NCBI RefSeq assembly: GCF_030684315.1
Contig: NC_081376.1
Coordinates: forward strand, 20,937,018 to 21,001,017
Length of the DNA stretch: 64,000 bases
Source of the DNA: Stegostoma tigrinum
Taxonomy: Eukaryota
Direction: 5' to 3'
Shown here one piece after another: positions 35,683 to 48,516 of the stretch. The translations under genes and the position numbers were made by a program. Every line of letters starts with the position of its first letter. The first letter of the stretch is position 1. The notes beneath the pieces were generated by a model. The model was given only the letters and a program-made list of their open reading frames with translations, did no database searches and was not told the DNA's origin.

Positions 35683-36277
35683 GATAACAAAGTGTGTAGC
35701 GGGATGAACACAGTAGGCCGAGCAGTATCTCAGGAGCTGACGTTTCGGGCCTAGACGCTTCGTCAGAGAGGGGGATGGGGAGAGGGTTCTGGAATAAATA
35801 GGGAGAGAGGGGGAGGCGGACTGAAGATGGGTAGAGGAGAAGATAGATGGAGAGGAGAGTATAGGTGGGGAGATGGGGAGGAGACAGGTCAGTCCGGGGA
35901 GGACGGACGGATCCAGGAGGCGGGATGAGGTTGGTAGGTGGGGAATGGAGGTGCGGCTTGAGGTGGGAGGAGGGGGTAGGTGAGAGGAAGAATGGGCTAG
36001 GGAGGCGGGGACGAGCTGGGCTGGTTTTGGGATGTAGTGGGGGGAGGGGACGAGCTGGGCTGGTTTTGGGGTGCAGTGGGGGAGGGGGAGATTTTGAAGC
36101 TTGTGAAGTCCACATTGATACCATTGGGCTGCAGGGTTCCCAAGCGGAATATGAGTTGCTGTTCCTGAAACCTTCGGGTGGCATCATTGTGGCACTGCAG
36201 GAGGCCATGATGGACATGTCATCTAAAGAATGGGAGGGGGAGTGGAAATGGTTTGCGACTGGGAGGTACAGTTGTTT
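35683..36277 (-). mobile_element. 5'-truncated Penelope family A copy with 9-bp TSD
   Basis: actgtccta at 35674-35682 and 36278-36286. Homologous to 31480-32113. Minus-strand hammerhead CUGACGA...GAAACGUC at ~35735-35770. Confidence 0.92.
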
Positions 36278-37860
36278 ACTGTCCTATCGTCCCCCCACCG
36301 ACCCTGACTGAAACTTAACGTGACTAACCTTGTGCGTTATCAATTCAAAAGTTAGTTCACTGCTAGCATCACAGCTGGTACCTGCAAACCATCAGGTCCA
36401 GTTTCAGTCCTTCATTGTCACCAATGTTCCTTTTGAACACTTTGTGCACCTCTGTTGTCGAATGCATGGCCATTAAATTTGTTGCACCAAACATGCTTGT
36501 GTATATCTTAAGGGGAACATTGTTTGTGTGCAACCTATTGATTTCCCGCATAAGGAGTTCCAGAATGGTGTGCATCACGCTCTTTTACAGCTTAGACAAA
36601 ACATTGCTTATCGCTCATGTGGGCTTGCTTTCTCCTGTATTCCCGGGTGTGCCTGAAGTTGGCTATAAGGAAGCATTAATTCAGAAGGGAAAAGTTGCAG
36701 TATGGATGGGAAAACAAGCAATCCACGGTCACAGTATCTGCACCTTGCGTACCAGGCCAGCTAGCAGGATGACTTAAGGCAGGAATGTAACATCCATGAT
36801 AGTCTCAGCAATATCAGATGCTATGGACTCTATCAAGGGTGGCCGTACAATGCACATCAACATGTCCTTGGTTGCTATCGGGGAGTGTAAGCCTGCTACG
36901 GAGGGTTGGGCCAGCTGGTCCCACAAGAGAGATGGACATCTCACTCAAAATGTTGTGGTGCCTTCAGATGATGTGTTTTCCAAGGCTGGAAATATGTGGA
37001 GGCTGCAAGAGTTAGTTTTGAGAATGACATCATAGAAAAGAGTGTGAGGGTGAGTTGCAGTATGTAAATGTTTGGTATGAATCCTTAATGTTAAGAATCA
37101 TTAGTCAGTGAGTGGTGCGGGGGGGGGGGGGGGTAATGTATTGATCATTGTGAGGTACTAGATGTTTGGCAGGTATGGAATATTATGAGAAAATGCAGCC
37201 ACTGATCTTCACCATTTGGTTTGGGTCATTAAACATTCCAAAGAGCTGCTCCCAGAATCTGAGCATCGGCCTCTCTTGCTACGTCTTTTCATTTGAAAGC
37301 TTCCTGCGTTTTCTCCATCATCAAATCATAGAATCCCTGCATTGTGGCAGCAGGCCATTCGGTGTATTGAGTTGCACTGACCCTCCAAAGAACATCCCAC
37401 AAGATCCACCCTATCCCCTATCTGAGCCACCATACTGCCCCTCTGTCTAACTCCATGAATAATACTTTCAACCATTGTACTTCTCCACACCATACTCCCA
37501 ATAACTCTGGATGGAGCTTAATGCCCAACCCAGTAGCAAATTTGGTGATGGGGTTAGTTAATTGTGTGGGAGTGTAATAAGTGGGGGCCCCAGCACCCCT
37601 GCCCTGATTGAGTCTGTGACAGGATGGTTTCAACATGGCTTTACTGCCCAGCCACTAATTGAGACCATCAAGTCATTATTAATGCTGACAATCCTGCTCC
37701 AGCTGTCAGTGGGCAAGTGTTTCACCATGCAGGGGCACTGTAAAACATACTCTACTGAGCTTACTTGTGGCCCTGTGGTGATGGGTGGTGGTGATGATGG
37801 TGTTGGGAATGGTGACTGGTGCTGGTGTTGATCTTCTTGGTGTTGGTGGTGGATGGTGAT

Positions 37861-38087
37861 GATGCTAGTGGCAGGCAGTCTGGAGAATGGCGGCTAGTAT
37901 TGGTAGTAGTCGGGGATGCTAGTGGCAGGCAGTCTGGAGAATGGCGGCTAGTATTGGTAGTAGTCGGGGATGCTAGTGGCAGGCAGTCTGGAGAATGGCG
38001 GCTAGTATTGGTAGTAGTCGGGGATGCTAGTGGCAGGCAGTCTGGAGAATGGCGGCTCGTATTGGTAGTAGTCGGGGATGCTAGTGG
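37861..38087. repeat. 54-bp tandem repeat, four full copies plus 11 bp
   Basis: Unit gatgctagtggcaggcagtctggagaatggcggctagtattggtagtagtcggg at 37861, 37915, 37969 and 38023. One substitution in copy 4. Confidence 0.97.
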
Positions 38088-39104
38088 TGATGGTTGTTGT
38101 TGTGGAGGTGGTAGGGGTTGGGCGCTGAGTTTCTCATTCAAAAGATCTCAATGCTTGATATTGGACCTGGTATTAAGAACGGTAAATGCTCAGAGTATCT
38201 GACCAGGGGATCACTTTTTTAGCATAGAGCTTGCCAGGTACTTGTTTGTCCCATATGGTTAAGTAATACAATGCATACCCATCAGAGAAATTTCCCAAAG
38301 CAGCCTTTCAGAGCCCTCATCATCAACCCCTTATTGCCCACCTTCAGGCCTTCTGACCTTTCTCCACATACCACCTTCAACCCAATAACAGATCCCATTG
38401 AAGCCAGGAAAGTGTGAACAATGTGAAGAGTATGCCACTGGCTGTGTCACTGGAGCTGCTACCTGACATAACTGGCCTTGTATGAGGCAGGCAGAAACCC
38501 TTAGAAAGCTGACTTCAAAATCCAATACAAGGCAAGGGTGCTGCAATATGGCCTAGATTTCAAGGTGCACAGGCCTGAAACTTACACAACACTTACATGA
38601 CCTCACAGCATATGACATTTCGATGTAAAGATATTTTCTTGGCTTTCAATCTCTCCCTCTGTGTAATGGAGTCAATGTAGTTTGTAGACTGAGAGTTTGT
38701 AATATACACTAACATCAGCAAGTGCAGAACCCAGACCAAGACTGTGATATTCTCGCCTCATAAACCGTTAATATTGTAAGCAACTTTTAAGATATCTGTC
38801 TCAAAAAAACCAAACCATTGGTGATATATGTTATGTTAATGTAGACACAGAATCAGATTCTTGCTGTTTTCTATTGAATTCTAGTAACTCTGCAGGAATT
38901 ACAGCTTATGGTAGAAAATCCACCATGGAGTTTCAGGACCTGGTGTATTATTCCTTTATTACAGGCATGGATCCAATATAAATGTTCATCTCCTGCTCCC
39001 TTAGTAGCACAACCTGCAAAGCATGCATGGAACTCTTTCCCCATTTTACAATATTCTATCAATAAGGGCAAATGGTTTAGGGCAATTACAATGAAATATA
39101 ATAA

Positions 39105-40800
39105 CACTGCAGGAGACCCTGGATGTACATGTCATCTAAGGAATGGGAGGGGGAAGTGGGAGACAAAGCGGGTGGCCATGGGTACCCACATGGGCCCAAG
39201 CTATGCCTGCCTCTTTGTAGGTTACGTGGAACAATCCCTCTTCCAAAGCTACACTGGCCCCGAACTCCACCTCTTCCTCCGTTACATTGATGACTGTATT
39301 GGCGCCGCCTCGTGCTCCCACAAGGAGCTCGAACAGTTCATCCACTTCACCAACACCTTACACCCCAATCTTAAGTTCACCTGGACCATCTCTGATGCCT
39401 CTCTCTCTTTCCTGGACCTCTCTGTCTCCATCTCTGGCAACCACCTGGAAACTGATACCTATTTCAAGCCCACCAACTCTCACAGCTACCTAGAATACAC
39501 CTTCTCCCACCCACCTTCCTGCAAAAATGCCATCCCTTATTCCCAATTCCTTCACCTCTGATGCACCAGCTCCCAAGATGAGACATTCAGTCCTATACAT
39601 CTCAGATGTCCTCATTTTTCAAGGACCACAACATCCCTCCCTCAGTGGTTGAGAACGCCCTCAACTGTGTCTCCCGCATTTCCTTCAACTCATCCCTCAC
39701 ACCTCCAACCTGCAATAACCACTAAACAGAATCCCCGTCGTCCTCACGCACCACCCCACCAACCTCCGGATCCAAAGCATCATCCTCCAACGCTTCCACC
39801 ATTTGCAATCCGACCCCACTACGAAAGATATATTTCCCTCCCCAGCCTTATCTGCTTTCCAGATGGACCGCTCTGTCCGTGACTCCTTTGTCTGCTCCAC
39901 ACTCCCCTCCAGCCCTGCAACCGCAGGAAGTGTTAACCTGTCCCTACACCTCCTCCCTCACCCCCATCCCAGGCCCCAAGAAGACCTTCCACATCAAGCA
40001 GATGTTCACCTGGAAATCTGCCAATGTGGTATACAGCATCCGCTGTTCCAGTTGTGGCTTCCTCTACATCGGGGAAACCAAGCGGAGGTTTGGGGACGGC
40101 ATTGCGGAACACCTACATTCAGTTCGCACTAAACAGGTGCACTTCCCAATCGCAAACCATTTCAACTCCCCGTCCCATTCTTCAGATGACATGTCCATCA
40201 TGGGCCTCCTGCAGTGCCACAACGATGCAACCTGAAGGTTGCAGGAACAGCAACTCATATTTTGCTTGGGAACCCTGTTGACCAATGGTATCAATGTGGA
40301 CTTCACAAGCTTCAAAATCTCCCCTCCCCCTACCTCATCCCAAAACCAGCCCAGCTTGTCCCCACCTCCATAACTTCTCCTTCCTTCCACCTATCCCCTC
40401 CTCCTACCTCAAGCCCCACCCCCATCTCCTACCCCAAGCCCCACCCCCATCTCCTACCCACCAGCCTCATCCTGCCCCCTTGACCTGTCCGTCCTTCCTG
40501 GACTGGCCTATCCCCTCCCTACCTCTCCACCTACACTCACCTTTACTGGCTCCACCCCCACCTCTTTGACCTGTCTGTCTCCTCTCCACCTATCTTCTCC
40601 TTTATCCATCTTCTAACCAGCACCCCCTCTCTCCCAATTATTTCAGATTCCACTTCCGCTCCCCCATTTCTGAAAAAGGGTCAAGGCCTGAAACATCAGC
40701 TTTCCTGCTCCTCTGATGCTGCTTGGCCTGCTGTGTTCATCCAGCTCTATGCCTTGTTGTCTCAGATTCTCCAGCATCTGCAGTTCCTACTATCTCTGAC
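39105..40800 (+). mobile_element. Penelope family A (Neptune-type), 5'-truncated with a short 5' inversion
   Basis: VAMGTHMGPSYACLF, LRYIDD, LSFLDL, IPYSQF and NVVYSIRCSSCGFLYIGETKRRFGD. Terminal repeat with degenerate hammerhead near 40670. 39105-39165 is inverted. Confidence 0.93.
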
Positions 40801-41929
40801 AGTTACCTGTTTTTGCTGTATCTCTATTTCAGTGATGGCCCAACCAATCAGAACCCTTTTCTTATGCTGTGTGAATTGGTGTTCCATTACTTGTCCGTTT
40901 CTTGCACCCTCGACCTGATCACTGCATGACAGAAAGCTTCAACAACTTTTCTCCCTTTTGCAATGTTTTTACTACTAAACAACTAAATTATATCACATGG
41001 AATTGGGAATAATATACTAGTATGGATTGAGAATTAGCAGTCAGAAAATAAACTGAAAGAAATGGATCATTCTCAAAATGGAAGGCTGTTACGAGTAAAA
41101 TATACAATGATTAGTGCTGGGGCCACAGATGCTCATATCAGTATCAATGATTTGGACGTGAGTATCAAATGTAACTTTCCCAGATTTTCTGATGACTTAG
41201 AACTAGTTTGTAATGTAAGTTTAAGGAGGCTACAAGAGGCTTCCTGGGGACTTGGACAGTCAACATGAACGTGTAAAAACATGGCAGTTAGAATACAATC
41301 TAAATAAATTGAGATGATACCCACTTTGTTGATAATTGCTTTAGTAAAATTGATTTAGCATCCTGTTAAACACATGTCAATGTGAGAGAATATGAAAGTG
41401 TATAAGCAAAGTACGGAGGGCACCAATATGAGTACTGGCTATTCAATACTGAGCTTCCATGGATGCCATGTTCTGGCTGCTCCTTAGCTGCCTGTGGACA
41501 TTAGCTGCATGAATGTCAACCCCTTTGCCAAAAAGGCATCCAACAAGATCATATGTGTTCACCATTCCCAAATACCACTTTGGGACTTCGAGGGCTCTCA
41601 TAGCACCAGAAAATGGATGCAGCTAAGTTTGCGTTTGCTCCCTGTTACTTCATTTTTAAAATTCTCATAAGGACCTATTAGGTAGATCTTGACTTTGCTT
41701 GCATAAATTGGCTGGTAGTGAGTCAGCAACCCTTTTTACATTGCTCACAATTCCCATTGATTTCAGAGATATCTAAGAGCTCCCCATTCTTACTATAGTT
41801 ACATGCCACACTGTAGACAAACCATACATTAAACTGTCCCACAATAGAAGCCAACAATGCAGTTAGTGAAATATTGTTCAGTGTGGTTAATGTTACTGAG
41901 TAGCATATTTTATGATGTATTTTGTCCAG

Positions 41930-42035
41930 GTTGATATCTATGCTGGAGCCATCATTATTCACATTGCTTTGCAATGGGATCTGTACTTTTCTGTGATTGG
42001 GTTACTCTTTCTTACTACAATATACGCTGTTGGAG
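41930..42035 (+). CDS. SLC5A11: SLC5A11-like paralog B, coding exon 6 (106 nt)
   Basis: VDIYAGAIIIHIALQWDLYFSVIGLLFLTTIYAVG plus one G. AG at 41928-41929, gtaggt at 42036, phase 1. Confidence 0.95.
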
Positions 42036-43559
42036 GTAGGTCTGTCACCCAGCCTAACAATTGATTACTATTACTTTTAAAAATGTGTCATTCCTTGAAT
42101 TCTGGTTTTCTTAGCAGTATTATTACACAACTGTTTATTACGCACTTGCAGTTATTAGTACTTTCTCTACTAAAACGCTGTGCTGGCATTGTCAATTAAG
42201 TGGTGCATTTTCACACAATTTCCTTTGTGCGCATCAGGAATTATGTTTCTTGAGAGTGTTGTTTTATGAGAGTCCATATGCGAGTGGTACGAATTTGAAC
42301 ATGACCTCAACTCAGCCTGTTGAGAAGTGATACTACCCAGAACTACGAAGACCATAAAGAACTTAGAAAAGTTTTTAGTAAAATCATAAGGCTAAGGAAC
42401 AGTTTGCCCATTCCCAGTTTTAATTACACAATGATTGTATTTGTTTATGGAGAAACAGGTCAGACATAGGACTATATATCTGCCTTGTCATAAAATTGAG
42501 TGTTTCAAAAAGACAAGAAAAACTCAAGCCATTTCCAAGCCTCTGAGAATCATGGCATGTTAAAGCATTGAAACAGTCCATCAAGTCCATGTCAGCATGT
42601 TACTGCAAACCTCTTTCCATTTCTTTAGTATTCCAATCTTTTGTGGTCATTTAGTTCCTTTGTAACTGATTGCCTACAGTGACTCATGATTGAGAGTATA
42701 ACATTTTGGCCAATCTGTTTAAAGGATATCTTTTATCTTCTGGTGCAAGTTACAGTGACTGATTTTTCGAATACAAGTGGTCATTTGTTCACTGATTAGC
42801 ATTACAGGAAAATGTTTTCCTTCTCTTCTAATAATATCTTGGAAGTTTTAATATTCACCTGAATATGAAAATGGTGACTTTATTCTGAGTCTCAACTCAA
42901 AGATGACACAATGTAGCTCACCCTCACTTCAGCATTATACTAGATCTTGTTTTCTAGAGTCTTGAACCATTTACTATTAAGGTCTATACTCAGAAAATGG
43001 TGTGATTTTGGAAATGGAGATTTGGAAGCGATTGAGGTGATTAATAAAGATGCATTTGAGGGTTTCTGTGTTGTGAAATGCTCTGTATTTGAACATTAGT
43101 TGGGGTGATCTGAAACCATTTTCAAGGCTTTTAAATGTTCTCCTTTTAGTTTTATTTAACTTAAAGCAAAATATCTGATTTGTAGTTTGTCCTATTTTCA
43201 AAACAGCAGCAGTGGACTTGGCAATTTTCAAAGAAATTGACCTCTAATGGAAGTTTCTCAGACCTCAGAATGTTTCCCTGGTCTGATTGGTTGCTTTAGC
43301 TTTTAGAACAACTTTCTCACAACTCAAATTCAGTTCTGAAACTATTGTCTCCGGCATTCAGCTTGGACAGTGCTATTTTTCTAAGCTGCTCTATCTTAAT
43401 GGTATAGGTTGTAGGTTATACCCACTCCCCCACAGCAGCATTCTGCAGCACTTCCTTTTGATGTTTCCCTTTGGACTTTTGTGGATTGTACGCATTGTTA
43501 TTTAAAGCCTTGAAACTGCCTCGGAAGCCAACAATGTTTGAGATCATTTTCTTGACAAA

Positions 43560-44150
43560 ATTGAATCAGTCTCGGCCTTTTTCATATTTTGTTCCAAGGC
43601 CATTTTAACTGTTGTGCATTTCTCATTTTCCCTCACTGATTCTGTGTTAACGTTGCCCAATATGATTGCCACATCGGGTGATTTAACTGGATTAGAACAA
43701 TTCAGGATGCCACTATAAAAATAGTAATAGTCACTCACTGTGATCTTGTATCAGGGCATAAACGTACGTGACATTTGCATCCAAAGTCTTTCCTTTGATC
43801 TTACATCTATCATGTTATTCCAGCCATTTGGTTTGTCTCCAGCACCATTTCATTTTTACTTTTTAGTAATTATCTCTCAGCCTCAATTAATCAATCACAG
43901 GTCATCTTTTCACTTGCTATTTGGTTGGTCACATGTTACTCACACTGTCTGACACTTCTGATCACCGCAGAGATTTGTTATTCAGCCTGTTGACACTCCA
44001 TTCACGCCAACTGTATGATCTTTTGATCTCTCTGCCTATAAACTATGTGCCTTCCTTCATTTCACCTGACAAAGGAGCAGCTCTCTGAAAGCTCGTGAGT
44101 TCAAATAAACCTGTTAGACTTTCACCTGGTGTCATGTGACTTCTGACCTT
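43560..44150 (+). mobile_element. Penelope family B 3' fragment
   Basis: Ends in cacctgacaaaggagcagctctctgaaagctcgtg...aataaacctgttagact. 5' boundary uncertain. Confidence 0.55.
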
Positions 44151-44199
44151 CCTTCAATTTTAATCATGGTTATTCATTCATCTCTCATATCTTATTAAT

Positions 44200-45800
44200 A
44201 CTTGGATACTCACTTCATTCCTACAATTCTCAGCTTCCAAGAAGTAATGCATTGATTCTTTTTTTTCCCAATTGACCAGACTCTATCTTGCTTTTGCAAA
44301 TTGCAGTCAATATGATCTCTATCCACATATGCAAGTGTCTAACTCTCCCAGCTGATTAAAAGTTCCTATATTCCACGTTCCTATTGTCAGAAAACTACTT
44401 CTTCCACTGAATGTCATTGGCTCAGAAATTTATTTGTTCTATTTCCTGGGCATGGGCTTTAACTTCCCTGTCACTACATGAAAGAGAATTGGCTGCAGGG
44501 CATCAAAACACTGCTATTGTTTTTCCAATTCTTTGGCTATGATTTTCCATGACTAACTCTGGGGCTTATACTGTTTTACATCATTTCACACTTGAATAGC
44601 CACCTTGTTTTACTTAGCACCATGATTATCTCAGTTGCATAATAGTTCTGAAAGTGTCCATGTTCAGGGAATATGGGCTTCAACAATTCTACTGAGGTCA
44701 CACAGAGTAGGCGTACCCAAGGAGATCTGCTCTGGCTTTCAGACAAATCAGGTTGATCTGCACCACCACCTGAAAGTCCTCATAATTCTTCAGAAGAATC
44801 TTCAGATTCTTCTCTCTGAATACTATATGCTGGTGTATCCTCCAATACTAATCATGAAATAGGCCCAAGACAAAACAACAACAAAGGAGAATTCCAGGGT
44901 TCTTCAGAATTAGTGGCAGTGAACCACCTCCAACAATCCTACCCATTACCATATATTGGTCAAAGTACCAGCAGTTGCCAACTAGGAAAACACCACAGTG
45001 CCCTTATGTGTGTCACACATCTTGATTTCCTTCTTGATGTTCTAACACCACATCAGCCTCAGCTGGTGTGCTCCCCATTTAGTCTTACACAACTGCTGAG
45101 ATGAGACACCATGATATGACCACTTGAATTCATGAGCGAGAGTTGCAGGGTTGTGAAACACCAGTACCCCTTGCTCATACCGTTCCTGATTTGGTCGTGT
45201 AACTTGGCATGGATACTCATCCTTATAAATATCTCCCATATATTTTATACCTTACCCCAAGAACCAGTAAGGACCTGAAGTCAAAGTGATGCCCAAGCTG
45301 TTCACAAGCTTAGCTCCTACACATTCCAACACCAATTCTACCCGGCCATTTGAAGTTATTAGGAATTATGTCCATCATTTGCCAAACTGCTCCCCTGTGC
45401 CTGAACTTGCCCACTGATAATACAAAGCCTTACAGTTCTGCAAAACACTGTAATTTCCGAGGCAATTTGAGATTTGATACTGCATGTTCTACTATGGCAG
45501 CACATTAATTCTTGTGCAAGTCAATTGAAAGCCTTTTACTTCAGACACAAATGTTTGCTGGAACCTAAGACTCAACCTAGCATATGCCCAGCCATCAACA
45601 AAGCAAACACAGCCAAAATAGCAGGATACAAGTTGGGGAAAATGCCATTAAATTGTAATATGTTCTGATCGGCCAACTTCTGAAGAACTGTGTAAATTTC
45701 TAACTAAGACACAAAAGAAATATTTATGCTCTGGATTTGAAGAATAGAGTCACAAGATCCCTAAACAGCAGCAAAATATATGAGCATTTTTGTAACAACA
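44200..45800 (-). mobile_element. Possible highly decayed L1-type LINE ORF2 C-terminus
   Basis: Minus-strand traces LYYQWA (~45415) and GTLTNIW (~44960) resemble L1 ORF2 motifs YY.A and GTL.H..W.C. Confidence 0.35.
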
Positions 45801-46387
45801 GGAGCAAATTAGCTTTTCTGTCTTGAAAGGTGGTGACTGAGAGATTCCTTTTAAGGCTGTACAAGGTATATAAGTGATAACTTATATCTATAGAGTGCAC
45901 CTAACAAAGAAAGTATTTCAAATTATAGGGAGGGCAGAGAAAACATATAGAATAGATAAAGGAATGTACATTTACCAACAGAGGGAGAATTGGGAGAAGT
46001 GAACAAAGGTTTTGGGAAGGTTTTAATGTGGACGAGAAATGTGAACAGGGAAAAGGCCATGGAGCAAGTTCTAGAGGGTAGGACTAAAACAGCTGAATAC
46101 TGTCTCAGGGAGCAGAGTAAAGAGGGGAATGAACATATAAAAGCTCACAAAGAGAATACCGAAACTCCTGTATTGAGTATTATTCTTCTGGAGAGAGCTG
46201 TGGCTAAAGGAGAGGTTAGATGACTAGCAGGCAGGGAACAGAGGAGCATCTTACATTCAGAGCATTTTCAGGATAGAGAGATGATGCAGGTCAGTATGTT
46301 TATGGATAATGAGTAATTATAGCGCACGAACAGTCACATGTGAATACACATGCATAGCTAAGTTATTATATTATAAGTCTCACAACA

Positions 46388-46495
46388 GGTGAAGGAGCAG
46401 CGCTCCAAAAGCTTGTGATTTTAAACATACAACATGGTGTTGTGAGACTTCTGACTTTGTCCACCCAAGTCTAACACTGACATTTCTACATCATT
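46388..46495 (+). mobile_element. Penelope family B terminal fragment
   Basis: tgaaggagcagcgctccaaaagcttgtgatt...gacttctgactttgtccacc. Confidence 0.6.
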
Positions 46496-48472
46496 TAATT
46501 ATTTTGACAGGCATTTCCAATGGCAAAACTGGAAGTGTGCACACACTCTAGGCGTCCTGCTTTTTCTGGCTTCTCATGAGATTGAAAATAGTATTTAAAG
46601 GCTAGTAGCATGCACAGGACAGTTCTGTAGCAGGGTAAAGTTTTCATCGGCAAAACTTGCAATCAGTGAATAATGCTGCAGTGACAAGTCTGTTAAATAA
46701 GAGCCTTCTGATCAAGCAGGAAGGTTCTGAATTGCTAATGGAATTTTTCAGAGTCTTAAGAATCCTATCAACTTAATTTGAAGACCCATCAGAATCCTCT
46801 GCCCTCCTCAAATTTCTCTCCCAGCATACCGGCCACAGTCACACACTCGTCCTTCCCACTGTTCCATCATTTAAGTCCCCACTTCACTACGTTGCAACTA
46901 GGACAGAGGAGTAGGATGGTAATCAAGACCCACTACTCCACAAATTGCACTATTAATACAAATGTTTTGATTCAATCACTAAACTGGCCAAATGCTTGCT
47001 CTTTGTACTGCTATCCAGAACAAAAAACTCAAAACAATTGGTTTATTATAAAATGAAACTCACTCTTAAAAACAAGTGAAAAAAGTGGTTTACATCTGAG
47101 ATATAATCTGGAACTCAATTTATACACCCATTTAATCCCAAAACGGACACATTCACACAATACAAAATTGGGCAAAAACTCTGCAGGGGTGATATTTTTA
47201 CAAAAGGCAAAATGGAGAATAACTCTTATTGGCTCATGGTCTGAAGAACAACAAATATTATCTGATTAATTATCAGTCCATCGGATGTCTTACTGACAAA
47301 ATTAATTTGCTGACAGATGTAGACCATAGGAGCATCTTTTAACCAAGTTTCATTTCAGATGGAAAGCAGACTGGGCTGACTCTTTTGGTAGTGATCACTG
47401 TTCAAATTTTCAGGATTACAAACTAATCAGAATACAGAAATGTGGAATTTTATCAGGTTTCCAAGTACTGTTGCTTTGGAGATTTGCTCTTTGTTTTTTG
47501 ACCTCCGAGTTATCAAATGCCAAGGCCAGAAAGGGTTGCTGTTCAGCCATCGGTACAGAGCCACGTCATCCAACAAGTAATAGCAATAAACCTCATCGCT
47601 AATCAAAACTTCGCTTGCCTAATTTCCAAAGTCACTTGACTTTCTGCAATCAGCAGGTGGATTGCTAAACTGTGATTTAATTTATGAGAGGTCGCATAGG
47701 TTTCATTCTACCATTGGTGAACAACCCTTTTCAATCTGGAAAATTGCTTCGCAGTTCAACATCTTTCAGTCTCCACATATTCCCTAAAAATAAATGTGTA
47801 ATTCCAACAACCGTCAATCCTTTCTTACGGTGTTAAATAAGCGTCGATGTGTTTTCCCGCCTGGGTTTTATTCTCTGGGGTCCGTTGCGATGGATTGCCT
47901 CAATTCCGGGTTTCCTCCATAGTGGAATGTATATGGGGTCGAGTTCAATGTGTTTATTAATAGCGTGTTTTGTGGAGAGCCATGCTTCCAGGAATTCTCG
48001 TGCTTGTCTGTGCCTAGCCTGTCCCAGGATCTTGGTGCTGTCCCAGTCGAAGTCGTGGTTCTCCTTATCCATGTGGATTGGGATGAGTGAGTATTGGTCG
48101 TGTCTTTTTGTAGCCACTTGGTGTTCATGTTCTCTTGTTGTTAATTTCCTTCCTGTTTGTCCGATGCAGTGTTTCTCACAGTCTCTGCAGGGAATCTTGT
48201 GGATGACATTGGTCCTGTCGATGGCGGGGAGTGGGTCTTTAGTTCGGGTGAGCAGTTGTCGTGGGGCTAATGTGGGCTTGTGTGCCACTCTGATGCCCAG
48301 CGGTCGTAGAAGCCTTGTGATGAGTTCCGACCTGTTCCTGATGAGGGTAGTGTGATCAGTGTGTCGGGACGTGTGACCCAGTTCTTTGGATATCCATTAT
48401 CGTTGAACATTTGGAAGAAGTATTCCTCCTCCTCTTGCTGTCATAAAAAACACACCGACGCTTCGTCAAAGG

Positions 48473-48516
48473 CTGCACTGAGGATGTTACCAAGCACGGT
48501 AACGAAACGTCTGCAG
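48473..48516 (+). ncRNA. Minimal hammerhead ribozyme motif in the 5' pLTR (best preserved copy); predicted cleavage after C48511
   Basis: CUGCA-CUGAGGA-U-GUUACC aagcac GGUAAC-GAAACGUC-UGCAG: 5-bp stem I, 6-bp stem II, full core, GUC triplet. Confidence 0.8.

Larger units (their letters stand above)
34420..38300 (-). other. Unclassified decayed insert (possible endogenous viral element or unknown transposon), interrupted by a Penelope copy and a SINE fragment
   Basis: Visibly more GC-balanced and CpG-containing than its flanks, with protein-like minus-strand segments broken by stops. No family motif recognised. Confidence 0.3.

Noticed and set aside
38908-39561. 217-aa ORF as a host gene
   Set aside because: The C-terminal part is Penelope RT (AMG..MGP, RYIDD) and the N-terminal part is chance read-in from flanking DNA.
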